From Macrostomum lignano (lineage: Eukaryota): a stretch of 64,000 nucleotides of DNA. A program made the position numbers and the translations under genes. Shown here one piece after another: positions 34,901 through 49,199 of the stretch. The notes beneath the pieces are model-generated. The model was given only the letters and a program-made list of their open reading frames with translations, did not search any database and had not been told where the DNA came from. The number at the start of each line of letters is the position of its first letter. Position 1 is the first letter of the stretch. The DNA is taken from contig NIVC01002011.1 in NCBI GenBank assembly GCA_002269645.1, positions 1 to 64,000 of the forward strand. The letters run 5' to 3'.

Positions 34901-37216
34901 TAAAAATGGCTTATATTTTGGCACACTGTTATTAAAAACAAGCTACTCGAAGTAGTTGTTTGGTTTTCTATTCGAGAATTTTTTAAACAACAAGCAAAAA
35001 ACACTTTTGTTTTACGGAATTTGAGTGACTGAAGAAGGCTGAATTCATAAAAAATAATTCTGTTTTAAGTAGTTTAAAGAACACCAAGGGTAAACTAACA
35101 AGCTCGTAGGTTGACATGCGCTAAGGTAAGCGGTAATAAGACCAATTAGTGTGCTTAGCTTAAGCATTGTAAGCTTTAATTAACTAATGCGAATAAATGT
35201 GGGCGAGCGTTCATATAGTGAGGCGTGTACAGATTTTTATCATATTGGAGTGGTCCTGGGAGAGTAGTGGCAATCAGCTGAGGATCTGGCAGTGAGACTG
35301 GCAATCAGCTGAGGATCTGGCAGGGTGGCTGGCAATCAGCTGAGGATCTGGCAGGATACTGGCAATCAGCTGAGGATCTGGCAGGATACTGGCAATCAGC
35401 TGAGGATCTGGCAGTGAGACTGGCAATCAGCTGAGGATCTGGCAGTGAGACTGGCAATCAGCTGAGGATCTGGCAGTGAGACTGGCAATCAGCTGAGGAT
35501 CTGGCAGTGAGACTGGCAATCAGCTGAGGATCAGGCAGGGTGGCTGGCAATCATAGCAAATTAAATGCAGTCAGTCGCAGTGCAGTTTAAAATAAAGTGA
35601 ACAGTGAAGCGAGTGATTGGCTCACGCCATTGTCTGCAAGCAAGGCAAAGCAATACAATCGAATTACGGGTGGCACAACAGCAGGGGTACACAAAAAGGT
35701 GTTAGGAATTCAATAAAATATGAACAGTGCAGCCTCTTAAAGTCACTCAAATTGCCGCCGAATCAGATTGCTTTGAGAAGCAGCATAGCCAACTATGATT
35801 TTCTTACTAATAAAAATTTATGGAAAACCCCCGTTTTCTGTTTTATAATGTTTTTTAATTTGTGCCAACACTTACTGAATTGATTAATTAAGTCATTCAA
35901 TAGAAAGGTAAAAGGTATAATCACTTTATGTACATAATATAATTCCATGAAACCAAAAGCGCTAAATACTCACCTGGACGCAACAAGTCGGGCTTTTCAA
36001 ACGGATTCGAGTAGAGCACCTCCTCAACTGAGTAGCGCTCCAGCATAGTCAGGGCCATGTGGTGCGCCCGGTCCACCGCTTTCTGTCTGTCCGACGAGGT
36101 CGCCAGCCCGACGCGGACACCGCTGAGGGTGACGCAGCAGGCGTACTTCTTGCCAGGCTTGCCCAGCTCCTCGCGATACTCCAACGGTGCCCGTTTGACA
36201 AACAGCTGCAAAAAGTGCTTCGGATTTTTTATCACCCGGCCGAGCCGCTGGCGGGCCCAGGACATCACTCGGCCAAGTTGGCGCTCAATGACTGCCACTG
36301 TGACGGGAGACGGCGGCGCGTCTGACGGAGGCTGCGACTGCTGCTGCTCTGGCTGTTGTGGTGAGGTGGCAGAAGAATTTAAGCCGCCGGTAGAACCCAT
36401 GGACTCGGTTCGCTGGCGCTGTTGCTGTTGATGCTGTTGCAGCAGAGTCTGCGGCGGCTGCTGCTTCTGAGGCTGAGGCGCTGGAATGAGCTGACCAACA
36501 GTCGCTGAGCTCACCAAGGTCATGAGCTTCGGCGGCTGAGCCGGCTGTATTGGTGTCTGCTGCTGCTGCTGCTGTCGGGCCCGATCTGCCACAGGCGGCG
36601 TGGGCACCCGGATGTCCATCAGGCTGAGGATGCGCGGACCTGACTGGCTAACGGAGACTGCCGAAGCGCTGTTGGCGACCGAGGTCTGGTGCTGCTGCAG
36701 GTGATGTTGCTGTTGCTGCTGCTGCTGTTGCTGCTTGGCAAGAAATCGTACAGCCGCACTCTGCGGATTCCTGCGCCTACGTCGCCTGTTGCTACTGACA
36801 ACCGCGCCGCCGCCACCGAAGCTGTGATTGTTTTTGTTCTGAGTGGCGGAGTGCGGCTGCTGATGCTGCGCAGGTGGCTGCGGCGGCGGCTGCTGCGGCG
36901 GGCCGCGGGTGGGCGTTGCAGAGCGAGACCGCGAGACAGACGACAATCGGCCACGGCCGCTGGCTCGATGAGGCCGCCGCGACGAGCGACTCTGACCACC
37001 GGCATCGGGACCGTCGCCACCGCGCCGTCTGTGCGGTCTCCGGTGTCCGCCGTGTCGATGTCGGCGATGCCAGCCGACTCGGTCGCGAGAAGAATTCCGC
37101 GAATCAGATGCCGAGCTGCCGCTGCTGCCGTCAGCGGAACGACTGCGACTCCTGGGGCCGCGGCTGTCGCTGCGATGCCTTCGTCGACGGCGATGACGCT
37201 TCAGCGGCCGCGTCAT
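28998..37216 (-). CDS. NKRF: NKRF-like RNA-binding protein (three dsRBD-like domains, degenerate G-patch, C-terminal R3H-like domain; RS/Q-rich N-terminus)
   Basis: Firm exons: 35974-37216, 30836-31104, 30081-30201, 28998-29501. Candidate middle exons: 34417-34453 and 32839-32910; the link to 31104 is unresolved. dsRBD-like segments KYACCVTLSGVRVGLATSSDRQKAVDRAHHMALTML and FHLIEE...VLEQSAYFSRVEFN...KCTLSLGDYTIAVTRNSRPDAKSAAAEQML. The terminal LVFCGLQRPERLLLYRAAMELRL...LVRFGDCDRYRLIP parallels the recalled NKRF C-terminus. Confidence 0.72.
29615..30065. repeat. 32-36-bp minisatellite (gagcagcagcaaagtcccgatcactcagctcaatt)
   Basis: In the last intron of the NKRF-like gene, near the donor at 30080. 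Confidence 0.92.
31412..31772. repeat. 15/17-bp minisatellite (cagccactgctgaca[ca])
   Basis: Visible tandem units. Confidence 0.92.
32180..32760. repeat. Degenerate 19-bp minisatellite (tctctttgggttgtcagtc)
   Basis: Visible tandem units. Confidence 0.9.
35272..35552. repeat. 31-bp minisatellite (tggcaatcagctgaggatctggcagtgagac)
   Basis: About 9 tandem units. Confidence 0.92.
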
Positions 37217-37375
37217 TGCCGTGGGGTAGAGCGCATGAGAGAAACGATTGTTAAGGTTGACAGTAGGCTAAAGGATGGGGCGGAGTACCTGGGGCATTGT
37301 GTTTATCCCCAACAGTGAGAAAGTGCATGTGCGCATATGTGTGCTTAGAGCTCAGCGGAATGGGCATGAATGCAG

Positions 37376-37510
37376 GTATTTTTTTAATTGGGGGCTGTGT
37401 ACACCCTGGCGCACTTTAACCGGCATTGTCGCACAACCGGCGAGAGGCATTACTGCATCACACAGGAGTGTACCGGTTCAGCGGCCCTGGCTTTTTATCG
37501 TTTGGCGTGT
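37376..37510 (-). mobile_element. Degenerate 3' fragment of the SINE family seen at 15706-16066
   Basis: Reverse complement shares CACTCCTGTGTGA, ATGCCTCTCGCCGGTTGTG and TAAAGTGCGCCAGGGTG plus an A-rich tail. Confidence 0.7.
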
Positions 37511-40494
37511 GCAATTGGCAACCTTATAAGCTATGGTCTGTTATAGCACTGCAGAAGTGTGGTGGCCCTGTTGTAATTGAACTTTACCTACTAGCTTCTA
37601 TTCCACTGACTGAGCTTCAATCAGACAGACTTGAAGGAGAATTTACTGTTTATAGACAAGGGCATGGTGGTTGCTATTTTATCTCAGTAGAGCAGATAAT
37701 GCTTTCAGCCTGTCAATGAAGAATGCAAACCTTCATTCCTTCAAACCTTCCTTCATTTTATCTTTAATATAATGCAGACCTTCAAATCAATGCACCATCT
37801 AGGAACTGCCAAGCACAAGACAATTGTTGCATAGGCACATTGCTGTTTGCAAAGGTTGCGTTAATTGATAGTTTGCCAGGCCAAATTGAAGAGATATCAT
37901 TGGGTGAAAGAGTAACTCTATACTCTATCTATGGCTTCTATGGCTATGGCCTTAGTTTCTATTAAGGAGTCTGAAATGCTTGAAGTTTTTTCTGCTTAAA
38001 CTTTACAAGTACCAGACAACAAGTTTACTAACTTTTTATCTAGAAGAAAATTGCAGTATCCACCTGAATGGCTAATTGTCTATGCATCAATGTGCTACTC
38101 ACACTCTTTGGTATGGTTCCACTAAAGTATGCCAACCATACAATTTGTCTTTTTCTATATATTTTTGAGTTTCTTGTTGACTTTGACATTTAAAAGGATC
38201 AACTAACATCTATTGTAAGCTGGCTTGCAAATACTTTTTTCAAGGGCCTAGTGTATATGAGCTAAGCCATTAGAGATACCTTTCCATAGCTTTAATGCCA
38301 ATGGATATATACTACATAAATTACAGCCTGAACAAGTTGCTACATTCTTTAATATTATCATCTTTGGTTGAGTAATTGATTGTTAGTTTAATCAGATGCA
38401 CTTATTCTAACCCTTGATTTTTTAGTCAATTTGAGAGCATATTTAATTTATTGAAAAACATTTGTTTAAGCTTGTTAACAGAAGTTTCAATTTGATAGAT
38501 AAGATTTTTGTTTATTTGAATTAGTTCTTATTACCAATACAATTTATATAAATTCATTGTGCCTCGATTTGTTAGCTTGGCAGTTTCATGTTAGGCTAAT
38601 CTATTCTAGACTAAATTTCAATTCACTAAACATTTAAATATCTATAAGTGGAGACACCACCTAAGATGCTTCTATATCCCCCAAAACTAGGCCTATTGCT
38701 TTGCTTGCCATGGGGTATCCCAGAAGTTGATTCAATTTTTTCACTAGATAGCCTTTCTTGATTAAGCAAAAAAATTAATATTTAGAAATATTTAGCTAAA
38801 TGAAGTTCAATTTGTCTTTTTCTTTTCTCTTGTCAGGCTAACTAATTGTTATTTTTATAAGCATACTATAGAAGTTGAATGCATATTGCCAATAACATAG
38901 TAAATATTTACATTAAATGAATTGCAAGCTTTTTTTTCAATTCAATAATCAATTAAATGGTCTAGCAGATAGTTTGTTTATTATCAAGAGTTAGACTCTG
39001 ACTGACTCTGATCTGTTATGGACTGTGGGCTCTAGGGTCAGTGCTTGGGGTAGGTTCTTTGTCTAGTGAGAATTTGCGTACTCTATGTACATTGTTGCTC
39101 ATTTTCCATTCTATTATGCATACCTTATCTTTGTCACCTACCCCAATGCTATGCTGCGATGCTTATTAAATGTGTTTCTGATCTAAGGTTGACTTCAATA
39201 AACTTCTGTCACTACTGAGTGCTAAAGCTAATTATTGACTTTCATCAAGTTAAAATATAAATTGATATTTTATCACCTTAATAACCAAAATATAGAATGG
39301 TAACACTGCATATAATAGGGCTAGATTAGGTTAGGCTAGGCAAAATAAAAAAGTAGAGCAACACAAGAGTCTCCAATTAGCTCTTTTCAATTTTTGTAAT
39401 AGATAAGAATGCCAAAATCCAAGTAACCATATTTGGCCTAAATCTAATGGAGCATTAAGCCTACCAGTTAAGTCTACCAATAGCCATTATAACTTTACTG
39501 TATATAGTCAAGAATGGATTTTCAATGTTGACAAAGGTAGCATAATCAGTGTAATTGATGATCAGAATGTTATATGCATATTAAAGTACAACTACAAAAC
39601 TTGCTAAGCTATCTATTTTTTAATAACAAATATAACAGATATAATATATTTTTGTTATTATATGGAAAGTTTGGGACATGTAAACTGAATTTGAGTATAC
39701 TATATATAATCTAATGATTATCTAATTGAAGAACATTTATTTAGCCACTGGCTCTAATTATTTTTAGAAGTTAGATCCAAAACTTTTAGCAACCTTGTTA
39801 ATATTATAGGCATAATATACAGCATAACTTTTACTAGTGCATACAAAGTCTAGAGACTGTACAAATTGCACAAATTGTTTGCCTTTAAGACTTAAATTCT
39901 AAGATAATAATTATGACGATGTAAATAGGGCAATAAACTGATGATTAATTTTGAATATAGAAGACTTGTTGCATTTTAGCCATCAAAGGCACTCAAATAA
40001 CTGACTTTGAAGGAATTTCTTTGAATAGCAATATTGGTCTTGCATGCTATAAGGCCTAGCTTTCCAAAGGGAAAGAATTCTATTTCTAGTTCAATGTCTA
40101 TTTGGATATAGTCAAGAATTTAGTCTATAGCTCTAAGAATACTATCAAGAAATATAAAAATTTTGCTATACATGCCAATCAAAATAAGTGGACAAATGTA
40201 TTGTTTAAGGATATACATCTGTAGACTTTGGTTCAAAATATTATTTAATCTTATCTTATCCTTAAAGGTATCTGAATAAAGTAGGCCTAAAATAAATAAT
40301 TTAAAACAATTTGAATAGGCTTAATAGACTTGTTACCAAAATGATTAGTACCCTAGCCATTAGATATAAGCCATAAGACTTATTAGACATAGTAACTTTC
40401 AATTCAATTGAGAACCCAGCTCATGACTGCCCTTCTGGGTCCACTTTGTTGGGCCCCTAAGCGAAGGGAAAAGTCCTGATTATAGTACGGGCCA

Positions 40495-41010
40495 GAGGTA
40501 AAGAGAGAGGATAAGGAATAAAGAAAAGAAATATGAGCATAGGATAAAGGAGAGATAAAGGAATAAAGGAGAAGAGAGTTGATGAGAGGAGAGATTAAAT
40601 ACGAGCAGAGAAAGAGGAGAAGGGAGATTAATAGAGAGGAAAGAGAAGAGAAGAAAGGAGGGAAGGGAGAAGAGAATGAAGAGGAAAAGGGAAATGAAAG
40701 GAAATAGGTGAGGAGAAAGGAGAAGATAGAGGTAAGAAGAGAGGGGAGGAAAGAGATAAGGAGAGGAGAGAGGAGAGGGCAGAGATGAGAGAGGAGAGGG
40801 CAGAGATAAGAGAGAGAAAAGATAAGAGATGAAAGGGCAGAGTTGACTATGAGAGAGAAAACAGATGAGAAGAGAGGGTAGAGATGAGAGAGAGAACAGA
40901 TGAGAAGAGGGCAGAGAAGAGAGACAAGAGGGCAGAGATGAGAGAGAAAAGATAAGAGATAAGAGTGCAGAGATAAGAGAAAAGATGAGAATGCAAAGAT
41001 GAGAGACAAA
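40495..41010. repeat. AG-rich low-complexity tract
   Basis: Almost exclusively purines on the plus strand. Confidence 0.9.
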
Positions 41011-43003
41011 AGGGCACTCCAATTTTTGCTTACTTCTATTATAACTAATACCTTATACCCTCTACCTTTAACTTAACATATACAAACATGTCAGTTTTGG
41101 TATATTGAGATAGGTTTGAAACTATTATCCATGATATAAAAATCAAATGCAGGTAGTAATACCTGCTGTAAAGGGAAGTGTTTTTTGTTTTACTGATCTA
41201 ATTTCACTAACAAAATCTGTCTTTTCCAAGACTTGAAGCTAGGTTATACCCCATCCCAATCATAGCCAATAGGAAATGAGGAAATATATAGACCTATTGC
41301 TATTCTTATCCAAGCAGCCATTTAGAGCTGTGGCCATCTTGGTATGTGGCCATCTTGGTCATGTGCCCTTCCAAGTTGTGCTGTTTTTTGAACAGTTTTG
41401 TGTAATTAAATATGTCTATCATCACAATAAATATGCTTTGTTTAATGTTAATTCAATTTGAAAAATAATTAAATGTGCACTTTTTACAAATACAATTGCC
41501 TATTTTTTCCAAAAACTTTTACTAATTTTTTACCAATACTATAGGCCTATTTTTGGTATTTGGTATTTTTGGTAATTTTTGATGAACCAATTTTTATGCC
41601 AATATATCTTTTTAGATAAAAAATGTAAAAAACTTATAGTTAGGCAGTGACAGGAGTAAAAGCCAGAAAACAAGCATAAGAAGAAGCATAGAAGTTCCAT
41701 GGCTAACAATCCTAACATCATATGATTCATAGTAAAAGCTCAGGCCCTCTTTCAGAAAAGGTCCTCACTGCCTCACCGCCCTCATTTTGCTCAGTATGCC
41801 CTCCAGTATAGTATAGACGTAGAGTGTATACTATGGCGGGAATGGCACCCCTGGCCCTGGGCCGTGGTCCCAAACTTTTATAGTTATTGTTAGGTTAGGT
41901 TAACATCCGCCCCTCATTTTATATTGCTAAATCCACCTCTGTATGTCCCCATAGTCGTCTGATGGTAATACTTGCTAATGAATAATTCAAGATTATAGAA
42001 ATGCATACGTTATTACCTATTAAAAGTAATGTACTAGCAGCATAATTGCGTACATTCGCGATCTTTTACATCTAGTTCTTAGAAAAAAAGTAACGTTAAA
42101 CCATGACTAAAGTAAAGCGAAAAAAGTGTTTAAGGCTTAAAGAAGGTATAAATAAATAGCACATGCTATAGGAAACAAATGAACTATTTTTGCAATATTT
42201 ACACCTTTAGTTAGTCATGGGTTCTTAACCCTGGTTTCATAAATATTTGACTTCAGGAAATAAATTCGTAGAAATATCGCGATCTGGGAAGTCCTACCTG
42301 ACGCCCTGACGGCTGACTGGGGAAGAAGAGGCCTGGGCGTAACTTGCTAGCCTAAGCTTGCTGTTTATAACAATCAGGCTTGTTGCTAGTTGCTAGTTAA
42401 AACTTCCCCTGGTTAATTTTTTATTGAGAATGAATAAGCTAGGCCTAGTATTTTGTTGAAACAGCATTTATAATCCAACTGACCAAATTACCAAGACAAG
42501 ACTCTTATATTAAATGCCACAAATAAAATTCTACACATTTGAAGCACTAAATTAAAAATTATTTTAATTCTACATAGCCTATTTTAGTAATTAGACAGAA
42601 TAAACCCTATTTATTTGGCAGTTGTTATAGTTAGGCCTAGGGACCATATAAAAAAGTTATTTTTACAGTCAATGCATAAGACACTATCTTGGCCTAAGCC
42701 AAGCCCAAGGTTTTAACTTAATATAACTGTATAAATAGTGAAACAGTTATTTTTATAGTCACCATATATAGGAAGCAAAATGGTAATTAGGCCTATTATG
42801 GCTTAATGTAATAATGTGATTGATATAAAATTTGTATGTTATATTATATTATATTTTTGTTTAAAATGATAACACATTTTTTAGTTTATTATTAGAAAAT
42901 TTTTCCCATTTTTATATAGAATTTTTTTTGATATGCAAAAGCTTTGTTTAGGCCTATTTAATTAAGGATTTATTTTCCATTTAGGCCCTAACTAATATAT
43001 GCC

Positions 43004-43518
43004 CCATAGTCAGGATCATGTCATGGTATATGCTGGAATAAAAAGTCCTCTAAAAATCTATGCCACTTCATATTGAAACGTACGCTAAGGTCCTAGGAAC
43101 TTACGCCAGGTTTTCTAGGCTTTGCGATAATAAATAACCTTTTTTGCGTGTTACACATTTTTGCCTACTTTATAAACACCTCTATTTCACCCGCTTCACT
43201 CACCAAATGCAATGCACTAGTTTTTGTTTAAGTTTTTTTTAGAACATTACACAATTAGTTTGCGTGGAATTTTAAATTTTTATAAATCATGAATAGTTAT
43301 TAACTTTCATCTTATAAGTTTTATGGTTTTTATGATTTTATAATAAGATTTGAAGGTTATGGCATTATGCCAACAATTTATTTACGCCACGGCGTCACGC
43401 CAAAAGGTATGCCAAATATATTTTGCCTCATTTTTTACGCCAATTGTACCCCAAAAAAGTAACATTTTCAATTGTACGCCAGAAATTTCCAGCGTAATGT
43501 ACATTATCCTGACTATGG
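43004..43518. mobile_element. 515-bp MITE with ~18-bp TIRs and 8-bp TSD (superfamily unresolved: hAT, P or MULE)
   Basis: Left TIR CCATAGTCAGGATCATGT; reverse complement of the right TIR CCATAGTCAGGATAATGT. TSD TATATGCC at 42996-43003 and 43519-43526. Internal TACGCCA motifs are repeated. Confidence 0.8.
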
Positions 43519-44701
43519 TATATGCCCTATTACTATATTAGGCCTAGCTATTAAATTTATCTTTTTTGCTACTTATTGGGCAGACTTCCAATGCCGTCAT
43601 GATAAAATCTTGCAGGTTTAAAGGCAAAGAAATTCTTTAACCAAATTCTTCAACTACCAATTTAATTTAAATCAGCTTTTTTAGAAAAAGTATTTTCTTT
43701 CAAAGTGTTAGGCCTACTTAAAGACAAAAATAAATGATAGTTGGAGTACGCAAAGTTAGGGCTATATAGTGGGTAGATATGCACTTTTTAGTCAAGTTTA
43801 AGCAGCTTTTATTGAATAATATTTGCAATATAAGGTCTAATATTGTTATGGAGAAAGCAAATAAGGCCAAGGTTTTTGCACTTAAGTTGAATCTAAGCAG
43901 CCAAATAATCAAGTTGTTGGCGGTATAATTGCATAGTGATTTTTATATTGGGTAGTAGCAGTTTACATAGCAACATATCTTTGCTGTCCTATTAGATTGA
44001 CAATATGTCCTTGGATATAGCCTAGGTTTAGCTATATTTGGATATTTATCAGTTTGGTATAACAACCTCTTGCATTGAATATTGGTATATAGACCTACTT
44101 CTCATCTCTAGTGACACTAGACATGAGCTAGTTCTTGGTATGCTTGAACAACAGTCAGCAAAAAGGCTATCTCAATGTGGCACTAGTGCTGCATCTTAGT
44201 CAGCTGATAAGGTACCTACTTGGACAACTTAGACACAAAGCCAAGTGCCCTCTGGTGCTCAACCATGGTTGATTGAAAATAGCTCCAAGGTTTCTGCCTT
44301 GTCTATATTTGTCTATATTCTGTATTTGTCTGCTATAGATAATCTTTCACTAGCTAGCATAGGTTCTCATTATTGAGCCTAGATAGATGACCCAACCAAG
44401 ACTAATCTTTGAGGTCATGAACTCCAGTGCAAAAGCAAGCAAACCAATCTTGTGCTATGCGCTCAAAGCCAGTGTTCTCACCAAACACACTATTAAAATG
44501 GCAAGCCAATTTAGCTACTTTCAGTCCCATTTTGAAGTCATAGAGCATTTAAGGCCTCAAATATAGAGCATTGACAAGTCCATAGCTACTTGATAGAAAT
44601 AGAAAGAGAAGCAATCTTGGCTTAATGATAGATACATCAATATTTACCCTCATTATATATGGGGCAGAACATTTTAGAAAGTCCATGTTAAGATCATACA
44701 T

Positions 44702-44852
44702 GTGCAACCTTGGGAATCACCCAGCTGTTTCTATTGGCAATACACATGTATGTTGCTATTGGCTGAGAGCGTTATGTGACTACTTTTCTGTCTAATAGCA
44801 ACTTACATGTGTGTTGCCAATAGAAATGGCCGGGTGAATCCCTAGGCTGCAC
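44702..44852. mobile_element. Palindromic hairpin element (59-bp imperfect arms, 33-bp spacer), probably a small MITE
   Basis: 44702-44760 pairs with 44794-44852; the core TTTCTATTGGCAAYACACATGTAWGTTGCTATT matches at 31/33. Confidence 0.65.
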
Positions 44853-45208
44853 CCAAGCATAGTTAAGAATTCAAGAAAATTTTTAAAAACTGCGAGAACT
44901 TTCCATTCAACTTAGTTTTGTGTCTACTACAAAAATAAAAACTTTCCTTAGAAAACTCACTTGCAAAAGTTGAATGACCTTTTAAGAAAAAAGTTGGCAT
45001 ATATTCTAGGGAATTGTTACCTTTTTGGCATACACTTAGGGTGCATTTAGCTAAGATAGGGTTTGTGTTCTGGCATGCATTACACAATCTGTACACTGAG
45101 CTAAAAAACTTACTGCCTTTAAGTAGTCTGAGCATTTTCCAAGAAACTTACAGAATGGAATCCACCCAATCGCCATTCCCGCTGCTTTATCCGCTGGCTT
45201 TCTGTTAA

Positions 45209-46562
<1,354 letters not shown>

Positions 46563-48074
46563 TGAACAACAACTGTGCAGATTTTGCTGTTAATTTATTA
46601 AAAAAAGACCATCAATATAGTGTGTCCCTTGCTCCTTGTCATAATCCTGTCTATTGTATTGCCAGCTTACTGCTCTCACCGTCCTTTCCCCCCTCTGTGT
46701 TTGAGCACCGAAGTATGCCGACATGTTGCAGAGCTGCCCTGCCAGGGATTTTCTGGGTAAGCTTTAACTGGGTAATCGGCGAGAGTAGATATGAATTAAA
46801 AGCCTCGCCAGCTAATTACTTACCCGATTTGCTCATGTTTTTCCCAAAATTAGTAAAGCTTTAGTCTGTAGATTTTTAATGCAAGCCTGAAATTTAACAA
46901 GTTGAAACTAATCAATATATCTCAGCTTGCATCCCTGTTAAATTACATTTTTAGGTCATGCACAAAAGTTTTTTGTTCAAATGAAAGACGAGATTTTCCG
47001 ATTTCCAATGACCTCAAACTTGTTAAAACTTCAGGCGTGCATTTAAAATCCATAGGCAAAAATTGCACTCAACTTTGGAAGTTTAGAGACCCGTCGTAAT
47101 TTCCCTGGCACGCGCATCGTCTGCACAAAAAGCCGTTGCACTCTCTACAGCTCTGTCTGCGATCTTATATTTACTATCAGATGTGCTCACTATATGTTTG
47201 TGTTTAGTTCCCCCCCCTCTCCACGCCTCCCCACAGAGCAGTGAGCACAGATTAGCCATCTGTTTTTTTGTTTCTTTTGCGTCCTAAGAAGGTGATGGCG
47301 AAATATTTATTTATATCTATTTTCATATCTGGAACATTACAGTTAATAATAATCTTATATCAATTACTGTCCAAACTTTTATGGTCACAGAATATACACA
47401 GAATGCTCAGTTATTATGTATACTAAAAAAGAAATAAAATTCGCACAGCCTACTTATTTAACGAACTTTCTCAGTAGTAGCAAAAAAAAATTATAAAATT
47501 TTTCAATTCTCTTATTATATTGACAGCCTGGCTCACAAATTAATGGAGAAGTTTTTGAAAGATTTAGGTTGCAAAGTGCCATTTAGCCTACTTAATTTTT
47601 CTTCACAAATATATCAGCTAGTGTAGAATGTAATTCTTGTGCAAGAAATATTCTCAGAATGCATGATTGAGCAGTCTGTGTTTATTCTGTGGCTTTTATA
47701 AATGTGTCTCAGATGATAATGTTCAGCAGGCGCTTGATACACACGGACTAGAAAACTCTCTAAAGACTGATGAATTTCAATTGTACTATTTAGTGCCTAA
47801 TACAGTGACAAACGTTCTACTTTACTTAACTCACTCTCTGTCACTCAGATGAACAGTTTTTCTCTGTTCGTTTCCATTCATAAGAATCAATGCGTGTTGC
47901 TTTTCATTCCGTCAATTCAATTGGAGTTCAAGTTTGTCCTGGCTGTACATGCGTGATTGTATGCTTTATAAACTATACGTATGATCGCTTTTTACCTCGA
48001 TTAGCCAATGCTGCTGTTCTGCAAGCCTCTTTCAACACACCTCAAAGTACATGGGCGCTTATGACACTTAAACT

Positions 48075-48300
48075 GCCCTCCCCCCAGCACCTGAAGTGGC
48101 GCCCTAAACACCTGAAGTGGCGCCCCTAACACCTGAAAGTGGCGCCCCTAACACCTGAAGTGGCGCCTCTAACACCTGAAGTTGCACCTCTAGCACCTGA
48201 AATGGCGCCCTTAACACCTAAAGTGGCACCCCTAACACCTGAAGTGGCGCCTCTAACACCTGAAGTGGCACATGAAGTGCCCCCCCCCCTAGCACCTGAG
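48075..48300. repeat. 21-bp minisatellite (cacctgaagtggcgcccctaa)
   Basis: Visible tandem units. Confidence 0.88.
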
Positions 48301-49199
48301 GTGGGGTTTGGATAAAATGTTTCTGTCTGCGGAGTTATTATACATATTTTTTATTTCAAAGTGTCCCCAATATGGATTATTGTTTTAATTGACTTATATT
48401 TTACTAAAACGGCTATGCAGGCGGAACTAAAGATAATCACTAAGATTACACTATGTTATAAATATGTTAATATATGCATAACTATTTAATAAAGTCTTGT
48501 TGAAGTTAATTGACTTTTTGCGTTTCAGAATTTCGCTTCAGTTAATTTTTACTTCGGGAAAGCGAGAGGCTGCTAAGATTTGGCTTGACAAAATGTAACC
48601 GTCTCTCTATATGTATAATTTTAATTTGCTCTGCGCACTACTAATAAGCGCATCTGTATCGAGTAGTATAGTTTAGTTTTGACGCCTTTTTTTATTCTCA
48701 CACATTGCGGCTTACTATACTGTCCTGTACTTGCTGGGGGCTGCTGGAATCGCGGTTTTCTACTTTGCTTTGACAGGTTATTTTGTTTTCTTGGCTGCAA
48801 GTTCCGGGCCCCCACATCGGAGTTGAAGCCTCAACTAATTATTCCTTAGCTGTTTCCTTTTTTCTCATTGCTCCGATTGTCCCGACCTTACCTGTCTTGC
48901 ACAGAGGTGTTTTTAACATATATATAATAAAATATAATATTTCTGAGCATTATAGTGTGCTGCTTGTTCGTTTAGTAATTACTGACAGCTTGTCTTCTGC
49001 TTGTTGGTCAATTTCTGGCTGTCTCCGGTTTGTCAAGTTTCCAGCTATTGAATCCAGCCAGCAAGACTCTCCAACGATATGAAGTTTTCAAGCTTGTTGG
49101 ATTTGCATGCTGTGAAATATTGTCTTTTCGGCGATTTGAATGCGAAATTTTGCAGCTTAGGAAATGCCCAAGTATAGAAATGTGGCTATAGGCTCCGTT

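Noticed and set aside
36057-37318. Plus-strand ORFs 36057-36431, 36689-37318 and 36874-37254
   Set aside because: Antisense shadows of the GC-rich NKRF-like first exon
41750-41941. Segment ending AAATCCACCTCTG, like a Harbinger-type MITE end
   Set aside because: No matching opposite terminus or TSD found
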